From assembly GCA_964016885.1 (NCBI GenBank), contig OZ024740.1, positions 222,704,001 to 222,768,000 on the forward strand: a stretch of DNA of 64,000 bases, given 5' to 3'. Below the pieces are notes generated by a model, which saw only the letters and a program-made list of their open reading frames with translations, had not been told where the DNA came from and did no database searches. Positions 52,248 to 64,000 of this stretch are shown piece by piece. The stretch comes from Eledone cirrhosa. Lineage: Eukaryota. Both the position numbers and the translations under genes were made by a program. Each line of letters starts with the position of its first letter. The stretch's first letter is position 1.

Positions 52248-55200
52248 TCTCTCTATATATAAAACTCAAGATGTCTGTGTGTGTGCATGTTGTTTATGCA
52301 TTTCCACATTTCTCTACCGATTTTGATTTTTTTTCCAATGTGCTCCAAATTTACTGACGATGGTCAACACGACATGAACTTTGCCAAAAATGTCGTGCTT
52401 CTATGAAAACAATCGATAAAACTAAATACATGCTCTAACTCTCTCTTGCCGCCTCAACTGCTGCGTCACGTGCTGGTGAGGACGAAGGGCAGCGTTCCAG
52501 ACGCCGACGTACGGACGCCGCTACTTGAATCTCAACAAAGACATTATATTTTGTTGTCCTTTTTGTAATTTTTTTTTCTTTCATTTTAGCAATATGAGAG
52601 AAAAAAGTAATATAAATATTCTGATAAAAAAAAAATAGCGAGAAAACTTTTTCAGGAACGCCCAATTTTGATGATTTTTTTTCCAGTGTGCTCCAAATTA
52701 TCGCCCTTGTTTACGCTTTTTTGTGCTATAACTCAGACGTGCTTAGCTTACAGGTTTGACCTACTATTTGACGTGCATTCTTGCTACAACTTATTTAATA
52801 CTCACTATCCACTTATTCACTGTTCAATTTAAATTTTTCGCTGCCCCCCTTTTTTGCCCCATTACCTGCATAAATATTTACGTGTCCGGTTTAATTAGTA
52901 CTTCCTGTTTCCCTTTTTAAACTTATTTTTAAAACATACTTTGACACTACGGTCGTGCCTCCCAAGAAAAAACCACGGCTTAATCGCCAAACTAAAGCTG
53001 CTTCTGCTGCCAAACGAAGAAGAACTACAGAGTCGTCCCTCGAAAATTTGACTCGGTTGTCACAAAATGCAACTTGAAATGCAATTACCCGGTCAACCGA
53101 GACAGAAGAACGGAGGAGTATTCGCCTTTCCGGGAATGCATTTCTAACTGCAGTTGCACGTGCAGCGCAAACTGATGAACAATATTCTCGACGACGAAGC
53201 AAAAATTCTGCCTCTACTGCTGCGGCACGTGCTGGTGAGGACGAAGAACAGCGTTCCAGACGACGAGGAAGAGATGCCGCCTCAACTGCTGCGTCACGTG
53301 CTGGTGAAGACGAAGGGCAGCGTTCCGGACGCCGACGTACGGCCGCCACTGTGCGCGCGTCAGAGACTGCGCAAATTCGATTACACAGACTAAACGCCAA
53401 TGCACTCCACAGGAGTGCTCAACGAGGTACTCCGAGGATCAGTTGTACTCAGTTGTCTCATAAGGCTTTCCACTATGACCCTACAGTTAACTATGCACTG
53501 CTGCCAGAAGTTCAGATTTGATCCATGTCCGTCATTTGCCAATCTTTCCGGGCAAAAAAATGGCCTGGGGGAGACTTCAGGGATGTGCTGCTCTGACGGC
53601 AAAGTGAAACTGCTTCCTCTACAGGAACCACCACAACCTTTGAAGTCTATACTGACCGGTGCCATAGCAGAGTCGGAACACTTTCTTCAATGTTCCAAGA
53701 GATACAATGCTGCCTTCCAAATGAACTATTTTGGAGTTAACATCATACGGGTGGACGGCTTCATGCCTACCTTTAAAGTTCAAGGACAAATTTACCACAG
53801 GATCGGTTCGCTCCTGCCTAGGACAGACGAAGAGCCCCAGTTCCTACAGCTATACTTAGTCACTGACTATTTGGACCAAGCGGAACGACGCACTTTAATT
53901 TCGCCTGGCACAGAGATGAAAATTATGTTGGAACTTCAGAGAATGCTGCACGAAAACAATAACTGCATTCACAGTTTTAAATGTGCATTGGAGGCCCCTC
54001 CGGCGCCAAATGTTGCTGTTATAATTGACGCTGACAGGAAACCACCAGGCACCCACGCCGGCCGTTTTAACGCTTCCACGTGCAATGAAATAGCTGTGCT
54101 TCTTCATGGAGAACAGTACAACAAGCAGGGCATCCTACTTCAGTGTAGGGACAACACTCTGCAAAGGATCAGCAAGACGCATAGGTCCTACGACGCATTC
54201 CAATAACCGCTTCTTTTCCCATTCGGTGACGACGAATACCACTTTGAAATTCCTTTGTGCAACAGCAACAAAACTGTTTCCTGTATGCAATTCTACGCCT
54301 ACCGATTCATGGTCCGCGAAGGCTGCTTTAACCACCTCCACCGTGCAAGAGTTGTCTTCAACCAACTTGCTGTAGACGCGTGCGCAAAGATGGAATCTGA
54401 AAGGCTGTGCTACATAAGGAAATATCAAGCACGCCTTCGTTCGGACAGCTACATTCACTTACGGGATGGAGTAAGGAATGACGTCGATCCCGAGAACTTT
54501 GGAAAACATTGTATCCTTCCGTCGACGTTTATTGGGAGTCCCCGATACATGAGTGAATGTATACAGGATGCTCTGACTTACATGCGTCTCTACGGCAGAC
54601 AGGATCTCTTCATCACTTTAACTTACAACCCTAAGTGGGCTGAAATTACCGCAGAATTATTCCCCAGACAAAGAGCGTCAGACAGACACGACCTTGTGGC
54701 AGGAGACTTCCACTTGAAATTGACAAAACAATCAGGAAAGGCCTTTGGAACTGTTAGGTGTTACGTATATACCGTTGAGTGGCAAAAGTGAGGCCTGCCA
54801 CACGCCCACCTACTCATTTGGCTAATAACGAAAATCAACGCAACCAGCATTGACAGCATTATTTCAGCAGAAATACCCGACCCGAAATTGGACAGAGAAC
54901 TCCACAACATCGTCACTGCTCACATGGTTCATGGGCCATGCGGAAACGGTTTCAACATGAATTCGCCATGCATCAAAGAAAGAAGGTGCACCAAGAGGTA
55001 TCCAAGGCCATACCTCCGAGAAACTCAGACAGGTGGTGTCGGTTACCCATTATACCGCCGCAGGTAGCCAGTGGACGGAGGAATTGTTGCGATAACCCCA
55101 CATCACCACGTCGACAACCGGTGGATTGTACCCTACTGCCCAGTTCTGCTTAACATCTTTAATACCCACATTAACGTTGAATACTGCCACTCCGTCAAAT

Positions 55201-57928
55201 CAATAAAGTACGTCTGCAAGTACATCAATAAGGGGTCCGATGCTGCATCCTTCGGTCTTACAATGGAGAACAGCCAAGACGAAATCACTCGATACCAGGT
55301 CGGCCGATACATCAGCAGTATTGAAGCGTTCTGGCGATTCTTCCACTTTGCAATACACCATAACTACCCGCCAATCAAACAGTTGACGGTGCACCTTGAA
55401 AACGGTCAAAGAGTCTACTTCACCGCCTCCACCGCTGCTGAGATAGCAGAGGAACCCAAGGACACCACACTTATGGCATTTTTTAAGTTATGCCGAAACC
55501 ATCCCTTCGCCAAGACCCTCTTCTACTCTCTGGTGCCATTAAAATCATTATAATCTCCCCTACTCTTGGGAGAGTCTACACAATTCATCCTAACCAACAG
55601 GAATGCTTTTATCTCGCCTTCTACTGCATCAGATGGTGGGATCGATATTTTTCGATGATATGAAAACAATCAACGGAGAGGTTTGTACTTCATTCCACGC
55701 AGCCTGCCTTAGACTGGAAGATGGCACTCAGTGGGGTGCAACATTGACGGATGCAGCTACAATACGCTCAGCGTGAAGTATTCGGCAACTCTTTGCGGTG
55801 CTACTCCATACATGCGAGCAAAGCGACCCTGTATCCTTATGGGAGAAATACAAAGAGGACCTTTCCGATGACTACATAAACCAAGGACAACTGCTACTCC
55901 CTCATTCCGACGTACGACTCAGCGCGAATTATTCAACAAACCTCTCATTGACATCGAGGACAAAATCCTAACTGCCGGCGGAAATGATCTTCCATTCTAT
56001 GGACTTCCAAAAGTTCAGCGAACGGGCTGAGACAAACTTCCGACGGGCATAATTCAGGAAACTGCCTACGACGTCGACTCCCTCGAACTGTTTGTCAACG
56101 AAAATGAGCCGAAATTGTTGCAGGACCAACGGCGGGCATATGACACAGTTTCCACTTCCATTCGTCAACGCACAGGAAGTATCTTCTTTTTGGACGCCCC
56201 AGGAGGAACTGGTAAAACATTCGTCTAAACTCCTGCTCGCCAAAGTGCGACAGCAAAATGGAATCGCCCTGGCTGTGGCTTCTTCTGGGATTGCTGCAAC
56301 TCTGCTGCCCGGCGGTAGGACAGGTCATTCCGCATTTAAACTACGACTTCAACGCGACTTCAGACGACACAATAACCTGCAATATCACCAAGGACTCTGA
56401 CAAAGCAGAAGTCTTGAAAAGATGCCAGCTAATTGTGTGGGACGAATGCACAATGGCTCATACAGGGTCCCTTAGACAGAACCCTATGAGACATCAGGGA
56501 ATGCAACCGGCCGATGGGAGGAGTACCTCTACTGCTATTTGGTGATTTTCGACAAACTCTTCCAGTTGTTCCAAAAGACACCAGGGCCGACACTGCGGGG
56601 GGGGGGGGTGCTTGCATTAAGTCATCTCCCCTGTGGCAGGAGGTGACAATTCTGACCCTCACAACAAACATGAGAGCCCAACTATTCGGCGACCACTTAC
56701 CAGCCGACTTCTCGAAGGACCTCTTAACGGTTGGTGACGGAACTGCACCTTCAGATGCAGCTAGAGAAATTGCTGTCTCGCAAGTAGGCACCGTTGTCGA
56801 CACTGTTGACGACCTCACAGCCTGTCTTTCCCGATATGACCATCAACTACAAAATCACGAGTTGGCTGTACGATAGAGCCATATTAGTTCCCAAAAATGT
56901 CTCTGTTGCAAAATTCAATGAGGACCTTCTGCAACGCTTTCCTGGAAACCTCCATACATACAAATCTGTGGACCCAGTTGTGGACACACATGAGGTTGAT
57001 GATTTTCCCACAGAATTCCTCAATTACTTGGACCTCTCCGGACTGCCACCTCATGAACTGCGCCTCAAAGTTGGGGCACAAGTAATGCCGTTGAAGAACC
57101 TGGAACCACCGCGTCTCTGCAATGGAACACGGTTAGTGGTAAGAAACCTCCTGCCGCATGTAATTGAAGCCACAATTCTCACGGGCTGCGGCGCTGGAGA
57201 AAATGTCTTTATACCCAGAATACCATTAACTACATCAGGTAAAGAAGGTCCCTGTACTCTGCGACGACTTCAATTCCCCGTTAAACTTTGCTTCGCGATG
57301 TCAATCAACAAGTCCCAAGGCCAAACGCTATCAACGGCAGGCGTCCATTTATCCCAGTCGTGCTTCTTACATGGCCAATTATACGTCGAATGCTCAAGAG
57401 TCAGATGCAAGCAGAACTTATTCATACTTGCCCAAAGGAAGAACAAAAAATGTGGTCTACAGAGAGGTGTTGTGACTCCTCTATTCAGCACCACTACAGT
57501 CTTGCTGGTCTGACATATGGTGAGTAGATACTATTGTTGTATATTTTCAAACTTACCCGTATTTACTTACCCATGCTTATTCCCTCTCTTTCCTCCATAG
57601 GGCATCCAATCTGTTTTCACAGAACATGAAGTTTCGGGACAGCACGTCTGCTGCCGTTGGTAGAAGAGGAAGAGGCCCTATTCACCTGCGAACGTTTTAC
57701 ACCCCTTTCCAGGACTTCCTACCAAATTGTTACCATTGTGAGAACGATAACACGGCCCTGAAAAGGGCCACTTCACATTCAATTGTTACCCCCTTATGAG
57801 AGTGTTGCAAATCGATTGGTTGGGTGGGAACTTATATCAATCTTTGCCTCAATAATCATAATTGAGTGGAATCATTAACAGTACTTTAAAGCAATTAAGC
57901 CCCAAGCAACGCCAGGCACTTCTGCTAG
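52248..57928 (+). mobile_element. Full-length decayed autonomous-type Helitron (about 5.7 kb)
   Basis: 5' a|TCtctctatatataaaa; 3' gcccaagcaacgccaggc..ctgCTAG|t; encloses the Rep/helicase pseudogene. Confidence 0.92.
52955..57460 (+). pseudogene. Helitron RepHel (HUH Rep plus PIF1-family helicase), frameshifted
   Basis: N-terminus (V)PPKKKPR; CCSDGKV; Rep motifs FITLTYNPKW, VEWQK*GLPHAH, KYVCKYINKG; helicase motifs DAPGGTGKT, IVWDECTM, GDFRQTLPVV, NMRA, LCNGTRL, QFPVKLCFAMSINKSQGQT, HGQLYV. Confidence 0.95.
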
Positions 57929-58351
57929 TATTTAATAAGTAAATTGGAACAAAGTATCAATTTAGCCTCATATACATATTTTATTCATTCATGATACATG
58001 CTTTTTTATCGATCAACTCAAGGTACGATTGGTCATGATCTGGCCCTACTCTGGAATTGATAGCTCATCAGACTAGGTTAGTATTTCTCTCTGTCAATCC
58101 AAAATGGAGGAATAACAAAGTTAACCTCTGTGGTATTTCAACTCAGAGCAACACAGAGATCCAAAAGTAATGCCACAATTGTTTCTATCTGATGCTCGAA
58201 CAATTTTCCTCTTTAGCAGTGACTATACTGGAAAACAAATTGAATCCAGAGTTGTACTATTTAAAAGTTATTTCTTTAAAAGTTATTTCTTTTTTTATCA
58301 TATATCTAATGAAAGGCACTGTCTGTTATTTTCGAATAATGTTTTAATAAT

Positions 58352-58425
58352 TGTTTCTACTTTAGGCACAAGGCCAGCAAATTACCCAGTACATTACTGG
58401 TACTTTATTTTATCGACCCCGTAAG
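58352..58425 (-). mobile_element. SINE family B 3' fragment with 18-bp TSD
   Basis: gaataatgttttaataat at 58334-58351 and 58426-58443. Confidence 0.85.
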
Positions 58426-59505
58426 GAATAATGTTTTAATAATGAAACACTGATTCTTTTACTAGTACAAGTAACTTTCTCATTCCCTGATGTAGGGAAT
58501 ATAACATTATATAGGGCCATATATAAAATTATGCTTGATGATTGTTAGATAAATATAAATGCTTTAAAATAAAAAAAAAAGCTTTGTATTATAGACCCAG
58601 AGGTGTTTACATGTGATTTGGTATGAAAAGTGTTAAATAATTTTGAAATGTAACTATTGGTGATTCAGTGTTAACAGATTTGATTGGGCTTTGTTGTTAG
58701 CTAATTATTATCTGGTAAGATTTAAACATTTAGTGTAGTGATGATAAAATTGTAACAATGTGTTCAAAGAATATATTTCCCTTTTTCAAATATTAAAATA
58801 TAATGAGGAAACTTTAAAATATTAGAACGTGAAAAAAATTGATATTTCACTAAGGTTTATTGAAAACGTAGCTTTGAAGTAAACTGTCATCTTTTTTCAC
58901 TTTTTTCATTCTTCCTATTCCAATTTCCAAAATCTTACAAGTAATTCTTTTCCATTTATTTTATTTTCAATTATAACCCTTTATTTTGCATTAATATTTT
59001 CTTTTAAGTTTTCAGAAGAATTTGGTAAAGGAAACAATTCGGTCTTCTAAATCTGTTGCGATAATATTTTCTAAATATTTCCCTACTTTGAAACAAGAAG
59101 CTCACTAACATATAAAAGAAAATCTAAAACATTTGGGTCTATTTTAAATTGGTACTATCAGTTTATTTTCTGAACTAATATCCTTTTCACTGTTTATTGG
59201 AATAAGTGAAGTATACTGTGGTAAGTTATTCTTTTAATTTTTGTTTATATAGATGGTTTTTAGAAGAGAAGGTCTCATGCAAGTCTAAGAAGAATTCTTG
59301 AGAGTGGAAGAATGAGAGTAGGTATAGTGTCTACAGCATGTGATGCTTTATTTCACGTACCAATAAGAAAGTGTGTCAACAATGACACAGTATATAATAG
59401 GGTGTCTGTCAATATTTAACTCTTTTGTTATTATATTTCTAACAAAACACACTGTCAATGGCCTCCAAATCATTCTCAAAATTATCAAGTATTTAGAAAG
59501 ATTTA

Positions 59506-60346
59506 CTTCGCCCGGATAAACAGATGATAAGAGAATGCAGGTAAAAGAGAAAATGACTGTATTGGATGTTTGTCTGGTTACAGTATGAGGCGAGTCCGTG
59601 GTGTCTGTGTGATACAAAAATCAGTAAAAAAAAAACTTCAAGATATACCAGATTCTTCGTTGTACCGTTTGTGCATAGTATATGAACAATTCTAGGTGCA
59701 CCCACCTAGAATAGTGACCTCTAGGAGATGGTTCATCTTCTGCCTGATTGTAAAACGTGTATCATTGAATAGACGTGGTTGTTCCACGTTTCTCACAAGG
59801 ATGATTGAAGTTCCAATCTTTTATATTATATATAGATATAGATAGAGATAGTTAATATAAAAGATGATGGTCAGCCAGTTCATCTTCAACCATCGCAGCA
59901 CGCCGTCGCTGCTTGGCTCCAGTGTATCGTTGGCGTTGTTCAGCCAACTTCTCTTTATTCATGGCGGCACGTCTTCGCCGCTGAAGTTCGGCGTTCCGAT
60001 GGTGCTGTTCGGCCCGTTTTTCTTCATTCCTGGCTGCACCCCGTGGCCGCTGTAATTCACTGTTTGATAAAGTCGAATTGCTTTTACTTTCTGTGGAACG
60101 CTGCACGCACGCACACACACATAAACATACGCGCACGTACATACACACGCACACATGGTAATAGTTACAGCGTTCACTTTGCCTCTCTGTTTCTTACTCT
60201 CCCCTCTCACTCCCTCATTGGTATTATGCATATTAATTTAAGTTTGGCGTCGTTGAGTTGGGCGGAGTCGTTTGAAACCTATGAACCAATGATAATCGAG
60301 AATTATGACACACGGAATACTGACATTGTTGAAATTAATATATAGA
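59506..60346 (-). mobile_element. Non-autonomous Helitron, tandem unit 2 (3' end lost)
   Basis: Near-identical to 60347-61197; 5' TC at 60346-60345. Confidence 0.85.
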
Positions 60347-61197
60347 CTAGCTGACGTACCCAGCTTTGCCCGGGTAAACAGATGATAAGAGAAGACAGGT
60401 AAAAGAGAAAATGACTGTGTTGGATGTCTAGTTACAGTATGAGGTGAGTCCGTGGTGTCTGTGTGATATAAAAAACAGTAAAAAAATCTTCCAGATATAC
60501 CAGATTCTTCGTTGTACCGTTTGTGCATAGTATATGAACAATTCTAGGTGTTCCCTCCTAGAATAGTGACCTCTAGGAGATGGTTCATCTTCTGCCTGAC
60601 TGTAAAACGTGTATCATTGAATAGACGTGGTTGTTCCACGTTTCACAAAAGGATGATGGAAGTTCCAATCTTTTATATTATATGTAGATATAGATATAGA
60701 TAATTAATATAAAAGATGATGCTCAGCCAGTTCGTTTTCAACCATCACAGCACGCCGTCTCTGCTTGGCTCCAGTGTTTCGTTGGCGTTGTTCAGCCAAC
60801 TTCTCTTCATTCATGGCGGCACGTCTTCGCCTCTGAAGTTCGGCGTTCCGATGGTGCTGTTCGGCCTGTTTTTCTTCATCCATGGCTGCACTCCGTCGCG
60901 GCTGTAGTTCACTGTTTGATAAAGTCGAATTGCTTTTACTTTCTGTGGAACGCTGCACGCGCACGCACACACACATAAACATACGCGCACGTACATACAC
61001 ATGCACACATGGTAATAGTTACAGCGTTCACTTTGCCTCTCTGTTTCTTACTCTCCCCTCTCACTCCCTCATTGGCATTATTCATATTAATTTAAGTTTG
61101 GCGTCATTGAGTTGGGCGGAGTCGTTTGAAACCTATGAACCAATGATAATCGAGAATTATGACACACGGAATACTGACATTGTTGAAATTAATATAT
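60347..61197 (-). mobile_element. Non-autonomous Helitron, tandem unit 1
   Basis: Minus-strand 3' hairpin tacccgg-gcaaag-ctgggta then cgtcagCTAG. Carries R/E/Q-rich repeats resembling RepHel N-termini. Confidence 0.85.
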
Positions 61198-61611
61198 ATA
61201 TAACATTCTCATTATTAAGAGCACATTAACAGTTCTTATATGAAATATGGATGGAAGGTTTTCAATAAATATCAACACATTAAAATAAGCTTCTCTATTC
61301 TAATACCAGAGTTGGTGAATGGCTATTTGGTATAAAAAGTGGTAAAAACAATACTGAATTATAGAAACATAATATTTATATTAATCCTTTCATTACCATA
61401 ATTCTAACGTAAGACACTTAATATCGTTTTCAAATAATTTTGAAAACAATTATGAATTTGAAGGGATTTAGTAACAGAACTATCTTTCTCATTATTAAGC
61501 TGATGTTTAGAATTGAACTTAACAGGGGCTCTTTTGATAAATATAAACTGTTTTGTATGGTAGAACCAGGGGCAGCTTGGTATGAAAAGGCTTAAAAGAT
61601 GTATCTATAGC

Positions 61612-61612
<1 letters not shown>

Positions 61613-61679
<67 letters not shown>

Positions 61680-61717
61680 CGTGTGTGTGTGCGTGCGTGC
61701 GTTTCGTGCGTGTGTGT
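61613..61717. repeat. (TG)n/(CG)n microsatellite
   Basis: Directly visible. Confidence 0.95.
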
Positions 61718-63394
61718 AATACTCAGATATGTAAGACATAAATCAATGAAAACAGTCTTTCGTTTCATTGAGTTATGTCGTTTTTAATGCTATTATAATA
61801 TTTCAATATATATTATCAGGGACCCCAATTCATTTTATGGTGTATGAATGTAGTGAAATATTCTCCAATATCTATAAATTATTGGCTCTGACCAAAGACT
61901 TTTGAAAAACTACTGGTTAACCCATTTGTTACCATATTGTTTATGAAACACAACCAATACGTTTCAATGATCTTTTGTTTTTTAAATAATTGGAAACCAT
62001 AGACAGTGCATGTTGTTAGAAATATGGTAACAAAAGAATTAAATTAAAAATTTGCTCGATTTTAGTAAAATATGTAACGTTTTCATGATTAAGTTGATAT
62101 GTGGAACGTTACTAAACACAAATTTAAAAAATAAAATTAAGATGAAATATTTTGATATAAGTATGAATACTTTAAAAAGGGCAATATCGTATGATAGAAC
62201 CAGGAGTGGTTTCATGCTGGTTGATGTCAAAAAAGATGCAGGCATGACTATACGGTTAAGAAGTCCAAATTTAAAACAGCATGATTCCTGGTTTCATCCC
62301 ACCACACCAGTAACCTAAATATGTTTTACACAGAAGGCATTAGTTAGCCTCAGACTCTGACACTCTTTTAACATGGATTCAGTCTAATCAATGCATTGAA
62401 CATGAAATTTGATAGGTCTTTTCAGTCACATCATGTATGCTACAATAACTCAAGAGCTGGTGCCACAATAAAATGGACTCTGTACAGTATGCAAAGTGTT
62501 TGACATTAGAAAAGACATCCTGTCATAGAAACCTTGCTACGCAAAGAACTTAAAGGTTTCTTCAGTTGTGTCAAGAACAAAACTGCCCCCACGTGTCATG
62601 CTGATGGCACTCAACATGCTCTATAGCTTCTAGCTACAGAAACACGCCAAAGCCAGAATGTATGTAAGTAAGATATAGCCTCCTAGCCTGTTTGTGAGAA
62701 CAGTAACTCTGATTCAGTATTCACTTCGTCTGTGATGTTCCCACCTAATCAAGATGGTATAATGAATGTTAAATGTTAAATAGCCAGATACACTTTCTGA
62801 GAACAGCCCATAGTATAATCATTTCTTAAGTATGGCCTTCTCTGTTCTGTCTGCCAGGACCATGGAGAGGGCAGTGCATGGGACTCCATTTGCTCATAAT
62901 AGTGAGAGATGGGGAGGATGAAAGAGACGGAGTCGATGTCAGTGGGACATCTGTCATTCAGGCCTGGTGTACATGTGTGTGTATTTTTACACAATCAAAC
63001 CTTTCATCTCCTTTTCATGTAGTTCATTTATTGTTTCTTTTTAAAATTAATCTCCCAACTGCTGCTCCACCCTTTCATAGAACGATATATGTTAGTTTAC
63101 AAGGTTGACTAAATTGAGGAATTTCGATATTATTTAAATAAGCTGATGCAATACTTTCTTCATAATTCGCATTTTTAGAGGAAAACTAAACTTTGCACAG
63201 AAATATTTTAGATAACTATTGCATCGATGAAATCAATAATAAAATATCTAGTAAAGTATTGTATATATCACTGGTATCTGTCACAATTACTAAGGTGTGA
63301 GATGTGTTGTTTATGAAGGATATAAAAACAAATATAATAACTTGTTTTCAATATAGATATGCATGCAGCAATTGACACACATGCATGCACACAT

Positions 63395-63490
63395 ACCACC
63401 AATCCACTGCCCTCTGGATTACTACTTTATTTTATTGACCCCAAGAAGATGAAAGGTAAAGTAGACCTCAGTGGGATTTGAACTCAGAGT
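63395..63490 (-). mobile_element. Degenerate or rearranged SINE family B
   Basis: caccaatccactgcc, ttttattgacccc..gatgaaagg and gggatttgaactcaga segments. Confidence 0.6.
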
Positions 63491-64000
63491 ACAGTGAACC
63501 AGAACAAATCTGATGCTTTAATTACTTTACCAGCAATAACTTATACTTTTTTTTATTGAAGATTGTGTATGCAATTTGCAAGGGAAATACATGCCATACT
63601 CTCTTAACATTTCAATACACTCTTGTAACGATATCCTGTTATATAAGAAATATATCCAACAGTTCATTAGATATTCTGTCAAAATATTATGAGGTGTTCT
63701 GCCTACACTACAATAGAGAAAAGATTAGTACAAAACAATATAGAAACAAAAATTATTAGGAACCAATATTTTTTGATAAATTCCATAAATTCGAAAAATG
63801 AGATCTTTAGATGATTCCATGCTGAATTTTGTAAGTCTTTCATTCACAATCACACCCTCTCTCAACTTCTGCTTCCTCTCTCCCCTTCTCACCCCCTCTC
63901 ACACTATTAATTTATCTACCTCACCTTCCCCATATCTCACAAAGAGACTCATTTTATCTTTCTGATTTTCTATATATTTATATATTTATATATATATATA

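Noticed and set aside
52891-53400. 169-aa minus-strand repetitive ORF
   Set aside because: Antisense reading of the Helitron N-terminal repeats.
59015-59325. Splice-like signals (tttcag|, |gtaagt, tatag|, |gtatag)
   Set aside because: All frames close quickly and the implied intron is only about 31 nt; not supportable without transcripts.

Overview
This is AT-rich eukaryotic (metazoan) DNA, dense in microsatellites, with no supportable host protein-coding gene. The repeat families suggest an octopus or other cephalopod intron or intergenic region; that assignment is inference. The window is a mosaic of mobile elements. It holds a near-full-length RTE-clade LINE (43926-47659, minus), several truncated RTE copies, an old LINE RT remnant and a CRE-like restriction-endonuclease fragment. 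It also has two Penelope-like (GIY-YIG) ORF remnants, a full-length decayed Helitron (52248-57928), non-autonomous Helitrons including a head-to-tail dimer, two tRNA-derived SINE families and a mariner-type MITE. The signal the ORF track misses is RNA-level: about 15 type I minimal hammerhead ribozyme motifs from roughly 10 or more unrelated sequence contexts. Most sit 40-120 nt from a (TA)n tract or inside foldback structures. One pair forms a 318-nt tandem unit with U3-A8 variant cores (38508-39062), a candidate retrozyme or circular-RNA template. All folds and alignments were read by eye, and boundaries are approximate.
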